Origin: Candidatus Zixiibacteriota bacterium
Lineage (GTDB): Bacteria; RBG-13-66-14; B26-G2; WVWN01
DNA: 64,000 bases
NCBI GenBank assembly: GCA_030613505.1
Contig: JAUWLW010000007.1
Coordinates: 6,360-70,359, forward strand
Direction of reading: 5' to 3'
Below are positions 8,239-18,139 of this stretch, piece by piece. A program made the translations under genes and the position numbers. Position 1 is the first letter of the stretch. The number at the start of each line of letters is the position of its first letter. Below the pieces are notes generated by a model. That model was not told where the DNA came from. It did not search any database and saw only the letters and a list, made by a program, of their open reading frames with translations.

Positions 8239-9456
8239 GTGGTTTATTATAATGAAATAATCGAAAAATCGTACGAACATAAAAAAGAAGGCGACGACAG
8301 CGTTTTCGTCACGCGGGCCTCGTCGTACGAAGATAAAGAACTTCGCCGGGCAGTAGAAGCTATAGTGGACGCGGCGGGCGGTTGGGATGAGGTAAGCCCA
8401 CCCGAACGTCCGGTACTAGTAAAGCCAAACCTTATGGCCGCGCGGGAGCCGTCGCGCGCCGTTACGACGCACCCGGCGCTTATTAGAGTTTTAGGAGAGC
8501 TGCTGGCGGCCCGGGGCCGGGACGTGATAATAGGCGATAGCCCGGCCGGCGTCGCCAGAGGAATTAAACGCGTTTGGGAGATCACCGGCGCGGCCGAAGC
8601 GGCGCGCGCAGCTGGAGCGCGGCTAGTATCCTTCGAGGCAGAGGGGTCGGTACCGCGGCCGGTAAAAAGCCGCTTCGTCGAGGAAGTGCGAGTCACGCGT
8701 TTTTGCGACGAGGCGACGGTAATAGGTTTAGCAAAACTCAAGACTCATTTTTTAACGATTTTGACGGGGGCCGTAAAAAATTGCTTGGGCGTAATTCCCG
8801 GCCTGGCGAAAGCCGAGTTGCACCGGCGCGCGCCACACCCGGACGATTTCGCCGAGTTGCTGGTCGATTTAATCCCGGCGTTGGCGCCGAGGTTCAGCTT
8901 CGTGGACGGCGTCGTCGGCTTAGAGGGCGACGGTCCGGCGTCGGGTGACGCGCGTAATTTCGGCCTCGTCGTCGGCGGGTACAACGCCGCCGCCGTGGAC
9001 GCGGTATTGGCACACATCGTGGGTTTTGCCCCGGACGACGTACCGACGGTCAAGCTCAGCATCGAACGCGGCTTGACCCCTCGGGCGCCGGACATAATAC
9101 TGCTTGACGCCAAGTACTCGGACTTGGTTTTCGACGACGTCGCGACGCCCGGCAGCCTGTGGGTAAAGCACTTGCCCCGGCCTTTATTGCGTTTCGCTGG
9201 GCGGCAGTTCATAATTAAACCCGCGGTAAAGGCAGATAAATGCACCGGGTGTGAACGCTGCGTTGAATCTTGCCCGGTAGGGGCGGCGCGCATGGTGGAT
9301 GGCGTCGCCGAAATTGACGCGTCTAAATGCATCGAGTGTTTGTGTTGTTACGAAACTTGCGCGGACGACGCCGTATATTTAAAGCCGTCCCGCGTAGCCC
9401 GTTTATACTACGCGCTGCGCGATTTCAGACACCGCCGCCGGCGGTTACGCGCGTGA
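8239..9456 (+). CDS. DUF362-domain protein fused to a 2x[4Fe-4S] ferredoxin domain
   Basis: DUF362-like core (VLVKPNLMAAREP...IGDSPAG), then C-terminal CTGCERCVESCP and CIECLCCYETC clusters. The start is uncertain: the track start at 8101 lies in an AT-rich, non-coding-looking leader; GTG at 8239 right after AGAGGAGG is an alternative. Confidence 0.65.
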   Translation: MVYYNEIIEKSYEHKKEGDDSVFVTRASSYEDKELRRAVEAIVDAAGGWDEVSPPERPVLVKPNLMAAREPSRAVTTHPALIRVLGELLAARGRDVIIGDSPAGVARGIKRVWEITGAAEAARAAGARLVSFEAEGSVPRPVKSRFVEEVRVTRFCDEATVIGLAKLKTHFLTILTGAVKNCLGVIPGLAKAELHRRAPHPDDFAELLVDLIPALAPRFSFVDGVVGLEGDGPASGDARNFGLVVGGYNAAAVDAVLAHIVGFAPDDVPTVKLSIERGLTPRAPDIILLDAKYSDLVFDDVATPGSLWVKHLPRPLLRFAGRQFIIKPAVKADKCTGCERCVESCPVGAARMVDGVAEIDASKCIECLCCYETCADDAVYLKPSRVARLYYALRDFRHRRRRLRA

Positions 9457-9487
9457 GTTCGTCGGACGCCTAATAGGCGGAGGTAAC

Positions 9488-9859
9488 GTGAAGACCATAG
9501 CTCTTATTCTGTTATCCGTGACGTTGGGCGTCACCGGCCAGATATTCCTGAAACAGGGCGTCTCGGCCGACGGACCTATAACCGGCTTGAACCGGGCTTT
9601 ATTGGTCACGTTTTTTAGGCCGCTGGTCCTTTTGGGCCTATTTTGCTACGGCCTTTCGTCAATATCTTGGCTGGTCGTCTTGAGCCGAACCGAGCTCTCG
9701 TTCGCGTACCCCATGATCGCGCTCGGTTACGTCTTTGTGTTTTTCCTCTCGTGGTGGTTTTTCGGAGAACACGTGACGTGGATAAGAATAGCAGGCTTAT
9801 TCCTTATATGCTTCGGCGTCGTGTTGGTGGCGATTACGAAACCGCCGGGTACTCAATAA
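9488..9859 (+). CDS. Small DMT-superfamily membrane protein (EamA/ArnE-like, 4 TM)
   Basis: 123 aa with a GTG start and four hydrophobic helices, and an ArnE/SMR-like architecture. Confidence 0.6.
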   Translation: MKTIALILLSVTLGVTGQIFLKQGVSADGPITGLNRALLVTFFRPLVLLGLFCYGLSSISWLVVLSRTELSFAYPMIALGYVFVFFLSWWFFGEHVTWIRIAGLFLICFGVVLVAITKPPGTQ

Positions 9860-9860
9860 T

Positions 9861-10544
9861 ATGGTTAAACCCTATTTCCCCAACGATATGAAAAAGGCTC
9901 TAGCTCTCCAGCGAGAATTAGCAGGGTTGGTAAAGCACGCGGGCCGGCCAAGACGTGTGCGTCGCGTGGCGGGCGTAGACGTCGCGTACCACCGCGGCCG
10001 GTCGCTGAACGTATGCGCCGTCGTCATTCTCTCGTACCCGGGGCTTGAGACGGAGGAGATCGTCTGCCGGCAGGGTCCTACGCCGTTCCCGTACGTACCC
10101 AGTTTATTGAGCTTTCGCGAAGCGCCCTTGTGCTTCGATATTCTTGAGTCCCTCCGTAAGAAATTCGACATTCTTTTAGTAGACGGCCAGGGGATCGCCC
10201 ACCCGCGCCGTTTCGGTATCGCTTCCCACCTCGGCGTCCTCCTCGACGTACCCACCATCGGCTGTGCGAAATCCCGCCTGATAGGCAAAGGACCGAAGAG
10301 ATTGGGCAAAACTAAAGGCTCCCGCGGTTCGCTAACCCACAACGACGAGCACGTAGGCACCGTGCTAAGGACTCGTACCGGCGTCAAACCGATGTACGTG
10401 TCCGTAGGCCACCGCAGCCGCCTCGATTGGGCTGAAGACCTGGTTCTCGAGCTAACCCCTCGCTTCCGCATCCCCGAACCTATCTCCCGCGCCCACAACG
10501 TCGTGACTAAGGAACGCCTAAGGATGGACATTGAAAATCATTAG
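9861..10544 (+). CDS. nfi: Endonuclease V (deoxyinosine 3' endonuclease)
   Basis: YVPSLLSFREAP, DGQGIAHPRRFGIASHLGV and TIGCAKSRL motifs; an alternative ATG lies at 9888. Confidence 0.85.
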   Translation: MVKPYFPNDMKKALALQRELAGLVKHAGRPRRVRRVAGVDVAYHRGRSLNVCAVVILSYPGLETEEIVCRQGPTPFPYVPSLLSFREAPLCFDILESLRKKFDILLVDGQGIAHPRRFGIASHLGVLLDVPTIGCAKSRLIGKGPKRLGKTKGSRGSLTHNDEHVGTVLRTRTGVKPMYVSVGHRSRLDWAEDLVLELTPRFRIPEPISRAHNVVTKERLRMDIENH

Positions 10545-10586
10545 TTTTGAGGTCGTTAACTATTACCAATTAATACGATTAATTAA

Positions 10587-11237
10587 GTGAGTATAACCGC
10601 GGAAGATTTCGTAAAATTAGTGAAAGGACGTCGCTCGGTACGGACGATGTCCCCTGAGCCTATTCCTCGAGAACATTTGGATGCGATCATCGAATGCGGT
10701 CTTTTTGCCCCATCCGGTTCGAACCAGCAACCTTGGCATTTTGCGGTTGTTACAGATAGAAAATTAATAAATAAGATGAAAGATGCTGCGGTGGCGAAAG
10801 TCGAATTAATAAAAAGTAGGATATCGTCCGCCAGCGCGCAACGGAGTTTCGACGGATATATTCAGTACATAACGTTCTTTGGTAACTCGTCGGCCGTAAT
10901 CTGTTGTTTCTTCGAGCCTTACCGCGCGCTACTCGAGCGGCTACTAAACAGGTACGCGCCTGAAATATCGGTCAGTACGCGCGAAAACGCATCTATACAA
11001 AGCGTCGCCGCAGCGGTAGAGAATATGTTGTTGGCGGCGCACGCCTTCGGGTACGTGGGGTGTTGGATGACCGGGCTGCTAATAGCGAAGGAAGACATCG
11101 AGGCGCTGGTGAAACCGGAGGGAAAATGGGAACTTATCGCGATGGTCGCGCTAGGCCACCGGCGCGAGGGCAAGGGTGCGCCGCAAGCGCCTGAAAGACG
11201 GCCTAGGGATGAAACGGTATCGTATTTCGGGGAATGA
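10587..11237 (+). CDS. Nitroreductase-family protein
   Basis: RRSVRTMSPEPIPREHLDAIIECGLFAPSGSNQQPWHF is a classic nitroreductase N-terminus; GTG start. Confidence 0.85.
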   Translation: MSITAEDFVKLVKGRRSVRTMSPEPIPREHLDAIIECGLFAPSGSNQQPWHFAVVTDRKLINKMKDAAVAKVELIKSRISSASAQRSFDGYIQYITFFGNSSAVICCFFEPYRALLERLLNRYAPEISVSTRENASIQSVAAAVENMLLAAHAFGYVGCWMTGLLIAKEDIEALVKPEGKWELIAMVALGHRREGKGAPQAPERRPRDETVSYFGE

Positions 11238-11241
11238 CGCC

Positions 11242-12024
11242 GTGGTATACGTTATTTCGAAAAACGTAAAATTCGCGTTCGCGGCGTTAGCGATAGCGTA
11301 TGCGGTCGCAGGTTGTAGCGGGTCGGCTGAAGACGCCCAAGGAACGCCCGCAGCGGTGCCTGAAGCGACGGTAGTGGTCCTTAACGGTGCCGGTAGAGCC
11401 GAGGTCTGCGAGGCGGTTGCCGCTCAGCTCGGCGCGGAATTACCGGGCGGCGTCGAGAATTATAGAAACGGCGACGAGTTGGACTATTCCGTTAGCGAAA
11501 CGCTAATAAGGTGCGACGAACGTTATCGAGCGCAAGCCGAGGGTATACGGGGAAAATTGGGCTTCGGCGTTGTTTCGTATAAAAAAGGGCTGGATAGTAT
11601 CGAAGTAGTCGTAGGCTGGGATGCGCCGCCCCCGTCGTTTGACGAGCCGCCGGCGAACGGGGTATATATCGATAAGTCGGAGAAGGCGGTGTATTCCTTC
11701 CAAGACGGCGACCTCGCAAATATTTGGCCGTGCGCCACCGGAAAGGCCGAGACGCCGACTCCCACCGGCCGCTTCGAAGTTACCGTGACGCTGGAAAAAC
11801 CGACCTGGTATTGGGAGGGTAAAGCTATTCCGCCCGGGCCGGACAACGGCTTAGGTGATTGGTTCATCGGGATTAATAAGAAAGGTTACGGCCTTCACGG
11901 CACGAACGAACCACCCAGCATAGGTACCGCCGCTTCGCACGGTTGCGTGCGGATGTACAACGACGACGCGGGCGCCTTGGTTAAACTTGTTTCGCCCGGA
12001 ACGCCGGTAGTCATCGTGGAATAA
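11242..12024 (+). CDS. L,D-transpeptidase lipoprotein (LytR_C-like N-terminal domain plus YkuD domain)
   Basis: GTG start right after the nitroreductase stop. Lipobox AVAGC. YkuD catalytic motif HGTNEPPSIGTAASHGCVRM. Confidence 0.8.
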   Translation: MVYVISKNVKFAFAALAIAYAVAGCSGSAEDAQGTPAAVPEATVVVLNGAGRAEVCEAVAAQLGAELPGGVENYRNGDELDYSVSETLIRCDERYRAQAEGIRGKLGFGVVSYKKGLDSIEVVVGWDAPPPSFDEPPANGVYIDKSEKAVYSFQDGDLANIWPCATGKAETPTPTGRFEVTVTLEKPTWYWEGKAIPPGPDNGLGDWFIGINKKGYGLHGTNEPPSIGTAASHGCVRMYNDDAGALVKLVSPGTPVVIVE

Positions 12025-12051
12025 GGTTGGCTGCGGGAACTTTTTGTTAAA

Positions 12052-13005
12052 TTGGCGCGGAGGTCGAAGATGCCGGAAGAAAAATGCCCCAATTGCGGTA
12101 CGGCGTACGAGTCTGACGCGACGTTTTGCATAAATTGCGGCGCGAAACGTGAGGAAGCGCCGAAAGACGAACAACCCGAAACCCCGGCGGCCGCGGCCCC
12201 CGCGGAACCGCCTGCGGAAGACGAGCCGCCGCCGGCGAAAGAAGCCGCGGACGCCGAAGCGCCGCCACCGTTACGTCCTCAGTCCGAAGAGAAAGTCCTG
12301 GAGCACGTCGACGACGAAATGGAAAAAGCGGTACCGGAAGAGCCGAAGAAAAAGAGTAAGAAGGGTTGTTGTGTCGTCGCGGTCATCGGCGGCGTAATCG
12401 TCTTATTGGCGGTGGCTTGCGGCCTGACCATATACTTAAAGTATCCAGGCATGCTGGAGGAATGGGGCGTAGTCGTGGGCGGCGAGGGGTTCACTCACAA
12501 CTTCGCGGTCGTTACGGAAGAAGATATCGCGGTATGGCAAAAGGGCGAGGGTACGGTCGTCAAACAAGAAAAAGAGATGTTGAAGGTCCGGAACGCGCTG
12601 GTGGGCGTAAACTACGACCCCGGGACAAATTATTCGGCTTCGTGTACCGTCTTCGTCCAAAATGTCGAAAACGAGGAGGGGTGGGCCGGCCTCGTTATGC
12701 GCGTGAATCCGAAGGGCGGGGACCGGTACGCTTTCGGGATATTGCCCAAGAAAAAGCTCGCCCGTATTAATAAGATCGCGGGTGCGGGCGAGCCGCTGGT
12801 TCTCGCCAGCGCCCGCGTCGCCGCTTTGCGGGTTGGGATGCCGTTCACCGTAAACGCGACCGTTTCCGGCAACGACCTTACGATGGAAATAAACGGTACG
12901 GTGGTAGGCCAGGCCACGGACATCGGCTTACTCGAGGGCCCGATGGGCTTCGAGGTTCGCGGTGCTACGGCCTACTTCGACGATTTGAGAGTGCGGCCCG
13001 AATAA
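12052..13005 (+). CDS. Zinc-ribbon membrane protein with a C-terminal beta-sandwich (DUF1080/LamG-like) domain
   Basis: CPNCGTAYESDATFCINCG zinc ribbon, a Pro/Glu-rich linker, one TM (CCVVAVIGGVIVLLAVACGL), then an extracytoplasmic domain ending FDDLRVRPE. Confidence 0.6.
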   Translation: MARRSKMPEEKCPNCGTAYESDATFCINCGAKREEAPKDEQPETPAAAAPAEPPAEDEPPPAKEAADAEAPPPLRPQSEEKVLEHVDDEMEKAVPEEPKKKSKKGCCVVAVIGGVIVLLAVACGLTIYLKYPGMLEEWGVVVGGEGFTHNFAVVTEEDIAVWQKGEGTVVKQEKEMLKVRNALVGVNYDPGTNYSASCTVFVQNVENEEGWAGLVMRVNPKGGDRYAFGILPKKKLARINKIAGAGEPLVLASARVAALRVGMPFTVNATVSGNDLTMEINGTVVGQATDIGLLEGPMGFEVRGATAYFDDLRVRPE

Positions 13006-13039
13006 AGTACTCGGGTCGCCGACTCGTGCGGAGGTAACT

Positions 13040-13879
13040 TTGCACCCCGTTGTTTGGAGAATTACCGACACGATGGCGATCAAGTCGTACGGCATCGCGA
13101 TCGCGGTTGCGTTTGTTTTGGGTATCTTACTCACGGCCCGGCACGCCCGCAAAGTGGGCTTGAAGTTCAACGATTTCGTGGACATGGGTTTCTGGGTTGT
13201 TATCGCCGCCATAGTGGGCGGCCGCATTTTCTATATCCTATTCAACCTGCAGGACTACATCCAAAGGCCGATCGCAATCGTGCAAATATGGCACGGCGGC
13301 CTTATATTCTACGGCGGCCTTTTCGCCGCCGTTTTAACCGCCATCATTTTCGCGAAGCGTCGCGGCATCCCGGTTTGGTTGGGCGGCGACTTGATAGCGC
13401 CCCAGATCGCGCTCGGCTACGCCATAACGCGCGTTGGCTGCTTCCTAAACGGATGCTGTTTCGGCAAGGCTACTTCTTTGCCGTGGGGCGTCGAATTCCC
13501 GCTGGGATGCGGGGCCGGCCGGTATATCGGCGAGCTCTCTTTCGCGGCGTTCTTCTCGGGCCAGGCCGACGCCGTCATCCGCCTCCATCCGGTGCAGCTA
13601 TACGCCGCCGCGGCAAACCTCGTCATCTTCGCTTTGTTGCTAGTCGCCTGGCGGCGCCGCGGCTTCGACGGTCAGATCTTCTGGTATTATACGGTGTTAT
13701 ACGCCGTCTACCGGTTCGCGATCGAGTTTCTCCGTGGAGACAACCAACCTTTGGCGTTAAGCCTCACGACGGCGCAAATCATGAGCATAACGCTGTTCGC
13801 GTGCTCGCTCGTCGCGTGGTTCAATCTGCGCGCGCGAGGCGTGATACACGGCGCCGCGGCCGCTAAAATGACTAAATGA
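13040..13879 (+). CDS. lgt: Prolipoprotein diacylglyceryl transferase
   Basis: Lgt signature HGGLIFYGGL, plus TRVGCFLNGCCFGK and multiple TM helices. Confidence 0.9.
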   Translation: MHPVVWRITDTMAIKSYGIAIAVAFVLGILLTARHARKVGLKFNDFVDMGFWVVIAAIVGGRIFYILFNLQDYIQRPIAIVQIWHGGLIFYGGLFAAVLTAIIFAKRRGIPVWLGGDLIAPQIALGYAITRVGCFLNGCCFGKATSLPWGVEFPLGCGAGRYIGELSFAAFFSGQADAVIRLHPVQLYAAAANLVIFALLLVAWRRRGFDGQIFWYYTVLYAVYRFAIEFLRGDNQPLALSLTTAQIMSITLFACSLVAWFNLRARGVIHGAAAAKMTK

Positions 13880-15168
13880 CGCGTATATGGCTCGACGAGC
13901 TAGGCCGGCACGTCGGCGAAGAAGTCGAAGTCGGCGGTTGGGTTTTTAATTTCCGCAGCAGCGGGAAGATCCATTTTATCCAGCTCCGCGACGGTACGGC
14001 GCGCGTGCAGGCGGTATGCGCCGAGGATAACGTCTCCGACGATGTCTTCGCCCGGTGCGACGGGCTCGCGTTGGAATCGTCGGTGCGCGTCGTAGGCGCC
14101 GTCCGCGAAGACGCCCGGGCGCCGGGTGGCGTCGAACTGGTTGTTAAAGACCTTGAGATATTATCGGCGGCGCTGGAATTTCCCATCCAGAAGAAAGAAC
14201 ACGGCGTCGACTTTTTATTGGACCGCCGGCACTTGTGGCTGCGTTCGCCGCGCCAGGAGGCTGTCCTCAAAGTGCGGTCGGCCGTCGAACGAGCCATAGC
14301 CGACTTCTTCGACGGGCGCGGTTTCGTGCGCGTGGATGCCCCTATCCTGACGCCCACGTCGCCCGAGGGCACGACGACGCTGTTTCAAACGGACTACTTC
14401 GGCGAACCGGCCTTCCTGAGCCAGAGCGGCCAACTCTACATGGAGGCCGCGGCTGCGGCGTTCGGTAAGGTATATTGCGCCGGTCCGACCTTCCGCGCCG
14501 AGAAATCGAAGACCAGGCGCCACGTAATGGAATTTTGGATGATTGAGCCTGAGGTCGCGTTCCTCGACCACGAGGGAAACATATCGTTGGCGGAAGATTT
14601 GGTATCAGCGATCGTGAGTGGCGTATTAGCGCGGCGCCGAGCCGAGCTCGACGTCTTGGAGCGCGACGTCGCCGCGCTCGAGCGCGTCAAGCCGCCGTTC
14701 CCGCGCGTTACGTACGACGAGGCTCACAAACTCCTTGCGGCCAAAGGCTACGACTTCCCGTGGGGCGGGGACTTGGGCGGCGACGAGCAAACGGCCCTCG
14801 CGGAGGAGTACGACACGCCCTTTTTCGTCGAGAAGTTCCCGGTCTCGGCCAAGGCTTTTTATATGAAGAGGTGCGAAGACGACGCGCGTTTAACGTATTC
14901 CATAGACGTATTCGCGCCGGAGGGCTACGGCGAGATAGTAGGGGGCTCGTGCCGCGAAGAGGATTTGGACAAGCTTATCGAAAACGTCGCAGCTCACAAG
15001 CTTCCGCCGGAACCTCTCGAGTGGTACCTGGACCTCAGGCGTTACGGCGCGGTTCCGATGGCGGGTTTCGGCCTCGGTTTGGGGCGGACCGTAATGTGGA
15101 TCTGCGGCCTTAAGCACATACGAGAAGCCATACCTTTTCCGCGGATGTTGAACCGTTTTTATCCCTGA
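13876..15168 (+). CDS. asnS: Asparagine--tRNA ligase
   Basis: 430 aa class-II aaRS; TFRAEKSKTRRHVMEFWMIEPEVAF matches the AsnRS motif (E. coli [21 protein letters not shown]). Confidence 0.85.
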   Translation: MTRIWLDELGRHVGEEVEVGGWVFNFRSSGKIHFIQLRDGTARVQAVCAEDNVSDDVFARCDGLALESSVRVVGAVREDARAPGGVELVVKDLEILSAALEFPIQKKEHGVDFLLDRRHLWLRSPRQEAVLKVRSAVERAIADFFDGRGFVRVDAPILTPTSPEGTTTLFQTDYFGEPAFLSQSGQLYMEAAAAAFGKVYCAGPTFRAEKSKTRRHVMEFWMIEPEVAFLDHEGNISLAEDLVSAIVSGVLARRRAELDVLERDVAALERVKPPFPRVTYDEAHKLLAAKGYDFPWGGDLGGDEQTALAEEYDTPFFVEKFPVSAKAFYMKRCEDDARLTYSIDVFAPEGYGEIVGGSCREEDLDKLIENVAAHKLPPEPLEWYLDLRRYGAVPMAGFGLGLGRTVMWICGLKHIREAIPFPRMLNRFYP

Positions 15169-15217
15169 CGAAGCGCGCGTACGCCGAAAGGCCGACGCGC
15201 CGACTTCGGCGTTTCGC

Positions 15218-15607
15218 TTGCAAGATTCGGCGACGAACGGCGGTATACGCGTCACTCCGTTCAAACGGATGGCGTACGTCCTCTCCGGCTTAGCGTACAA
15301 CCGGCACGTGGGGCCGGTCGTGCTTGCCGTCGTAGTCGGCCTCGCCGCGATCGGCTTCCGCGAGCTGGTCCGTTTTTTCAATTTCATTTTACTGGAACGC
15401 GCCTGGGCCGAGGCTACGCCGCCGTACGGCCGCGCTACGTTGCCCGTGATTACCGGCGGCGGCGGATTGGTAGTCGGCCTACTCGTACACTATCTCGCCC
15501 CGGAGGCGAAAGGCTCGGGCATACCGGACGTTATAGGTGCCGCAAAACGGTGGGAATGTGGGCCGAAGGTCGCTAGCCCCGGCCGATCAACGGCCCTAAT
15601 ACTGTGA
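15218..15607 (+). pseudogene. Truncated ClC chloride-channel/antiporter N-terminal fragment (remnant)
   Basis: Encodes ClC helix B-D-like sequence with the selectivity-filter motif GSGIPDV (LAPEAKGSGIPDVIGA), but stops after about 110-129 aa. A full ClC is more than 400 aa. No continuation in any frame, and a CNNM gene starts at 15604. Confidence 0.4.
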
Positions 15608-16824
15608 GTAACGCCACGCTCAGCTTATTACTTTTAGCCGCCCTTTCGGCCGGCGCGTTGTTTTCCGTTGCCGAGAGCGCGTTGTTTTCTCTGGGAAGCG
15701 TCCGGTTGCGACGGATGAAGCTGCGCCGCAGGCTTACGGCCCCTCTCGTGCGTTCTTTTCTGGTCCGGCCTCGCCAACTCCTCGTGACGGTGGTTATCGG
15801 CAATATGTTCGCGCTGGCCGCGGCCGCTTCTCTTGCGACGGCGTTGGGCGTCCGCGTTAATCCGCTGTACGGGCCGGCCATAGCCGCGGCCGTCACGACG
15901 GTCATAGTGTTCGTATTTGCCGAAACCCTTCCCAAAACGTTAGGCGTCGCCTGGCCTGAAAAAGGCGCGGCTTTAACCTCGCCGTTCCTCAAGCTCGTAT
16001 TCTGGGTTTTATACCCGTTGAACCGGGCCGCGCTCGCCTTAACCGATTTCTTGGCAGGGCGGCCGCAACGGCGGAGTTTGGACCCGGGCGTAGAGGATAT
16101 CTACGGCCTGCTCAGAGAGAGCGAGGCCGGAGGTATTTTGGACGACGTCGAGAGAGAAATGATCGAGCGGGTGGTGGCGTTCGCGGACCGCACGGCGGGG
16201 GAGATTGCAACCCCCCGCACGAAGATATTCGCCCTCAACGCCGATACAACCTTTCAGGAGGCAGCGCGTACCGTCGCGGATTCGCCGTACGCCCGCATAC
16301 CAGTTTACGAAGATAATCTCGAGAACGTAATCGGTATTCTCTACGTCAAGGATATTTTGCTCGCCGGAGACGAGCCACCACCTAACCTCCGCGAGTCCGT
16401 GCGCCCCGCATATTTCGTGCCCGATAGCCAACCCGCGGTCGATCTTTTCGTCGATTTTATAAGGAACCGTACGCACATAGCGCTGGTCGTAGACGAGTAC
16501 GGCTCGCTAGACGGTTTAGTAACGATGACGGACGTTCTCGGGGAGATAATCGGCGAACCGGCGCAACCCGTCAAGTACGTCGGCGCGAGGCGGTTTATCG
16601 TCGCGGCCGACACGGACCTCGACGATTTCAACGATTTAACGGGTTCCAACCTCCAGGACGAAGATGCGGAGACTTTGGCCGGGTATCTATTGAACCGGTT
16701 CGGCCGCATACCGGCCGTAGGCGAGGAGTACCGCGAGGGCGACCTTAAATTTACGGTCGAGGCTGCGGAACCACATCGGTTAACCGAAGTTATGGTCGAA
16801 AAAGCCCGAGGGTTGGAGGCTTAG
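15604..16824 (+). CDS. CNNM/CorC-HlyC family transporter (DUF21 TM domain, CBS pair, CorC_HlyC)
   Basis: 406 aa with a GTG start and the canonical DUF21 N-terminus, then CBS pair and C-terminal transporter-associated domain. Confidence 0.85.
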   Translation: MSNATLSLLLLAALSAGALFSVAESALFSLGSVRLRRMKLRRRLTAPLVRSFLVRPRQLLVTVVIGNMFALAAAASLATALGVRVNPLYGPAIAAAVTTVIVFVFAETLPKTLGVAWPEKGAALTSPFLKLVFWVLYPLNRAALALTDFLAGRPQRRSLDPGVEDIYGLLRESEAGGILDDVEREMIERVVAFADRTAGEIATPRTKIFALNADTTFQEAARTVADSPYARIPVYEDNLENVIGILYVKDILLAGDEPPPNLRESVRPAYFVPDSQPAVDLFVDFIRNRTHIALVVDEYGSLDGLVTMTDVLGEIIGEPAQPVKYVGARRFIVAADTDLDDFNDLTGSNLQDEDAETLAGYLLNRFGRIPAVGEEYREGDLKFTVEAAEPHRLTEVMVEKARGLEA

Positions 16825-18066
16825 TTGGGGATAATCTACCTACTACTAGTAATAGCGTTATTGTTCGCCGCCGGGTTTTTTTCGTCGGCCGAGACGGCGG
16901 TCTTGGCGGCCAACCGTATGCGGTTGCGGCACCTCGCCGCCGTGGGCAACCGCCGCGCGGCCCGCGTCTTGTCGTTTCTGGAAAAACCAGACACCTTTCT
17001 CACGTCCATCCTATTTGGCAACAACGTTTCGTTGGTCGTCGCGACGTCGCTCTTAACCGTATTGATCGCCCGTTATTCGGGCGAGGCCGCGAGCGTCGTC
17101 GTTGCGACGCTCGCCATGACGGCCCTCCTAACCATATTTTCCGAAATTATCCCCAAATCGGTCGTCCTCGAGGACGCGGATTATTTCGCCATGTCCTTCG
17201 CGCCCGTCATCGGCTTTCTGGAGACGTTGTTTAAGCCCGTGGTTTGGGCCACCAACGTCGTCGCCGGCGGGTTGCTCGGCCTGGTGCGCGTTCGGGCGGA
17301 GCGGCTGCCGTTCGCGACGCGGGAGGAGCTGCGCGCCATACTCACGTCCCGGCAGCCGCGGACCAGGACCGAAATCGTCCAGCGCCGCATGATACGGCGC
17401 ATCTTCGGTTTCGGCGAAACGACGGCGAAGGACGTTATGGTGCCGCTCGCCGACGTAGTCGCGTTACCGGAAACGGCGACCAAGAAGGACATCGTCGCGG
17501 CGTTGGGGCTAAGCGGCTTCTCGAGCTACCCCGTTTATAGAGTTCGCCGCGAGGATATCGTAGGCGTCGTCGTGGCGCGCGATTTCACCACGTCACCCGC
17601 GGATGCACCCGTAAAAACCAACCTATGGATGCCGTTGTTCGTTTCAACCGGGGCAAGTATCGAGACCCTCCTGCCGCGCCTGGCGAAGCGGCGAGTAGAT
17701 ATGGCCGTAGTCCGAAACGAGAGCGGCCGCGCGGTCGGCATAGTGACCGAGGAGGACATCGTCGAAGAGGTGGTAGGGGAGATCGAGGACGAATATAATT
17801 GGGGGTCGCAAGGGTTGATCCGTCACGGCGACGGTTATGCCGCGGACGCCCGCTTGGCGGTAAACTATTTTAATGAACGAATGCCGGTGCCGTTGCCGCG
17901 AGGGGATTATATTACGGTGGGCGGTTTTCTGGCCTCGCGGTTGGGGCGGGTGCCCAAATCCGGCGACGAATACGTTTGGCCGCCGTACCGTTTCCGGGTT
18001 TTGAGGGCTACGCCGCGGGCGGCGCGTCTTATCAGCGTTGAGACCCTTAAGGCGAACGGTAACTAG
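16825..18066 (+). CDS. CNNM/CorC-HlyC family transporter, tandem paralog
   Basis: 413 aa with the same architecture; the TTG start immediately abuts the upstream stop (zero gap). Confidence 0.85.
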   Translation: MGIIYLLLVIALLFAAGFFSSAETAVLAANRMRLRHLAAVGNRRAARVLSFLEKPDTFLTSILFGNNVSLVVATSLLTVLIARYSGEAASVVVATLAMTALLTIFSEIIPKSVVLEDADYFAMSFAPVIGFLETLFKPVVWATNVVAGGLLGLVRVRAERLPFATREELRAILTSRQPRTRTEIVQRRMIRRIFGFGETTAKDVMVPLADVVALPETATKKDIVAALGLSGFSSYPVYRVRREDIVGVVVARDFTTSPADAPVKTNLWMPLFVSTGASIETLLPRLAKRRVDMAVVRNESGRAVGIVTEEDIVEEVVGEIEDEYNWGSQGLIRHGDGYAADARLAVNYFNERMPVPLPRGDYITVGGFLASRLGRVPKSGDEYVWPPYRFRVLRATPRAARLISVETLKANGN

Positions 18067-18139
18067 GCGGCTCAAAGGGGTTGCGAAAGGAAGCGGCGAA
18101 GGTTATACTTCGACGTAAAGACCCCAGGTCGGTACCGAT

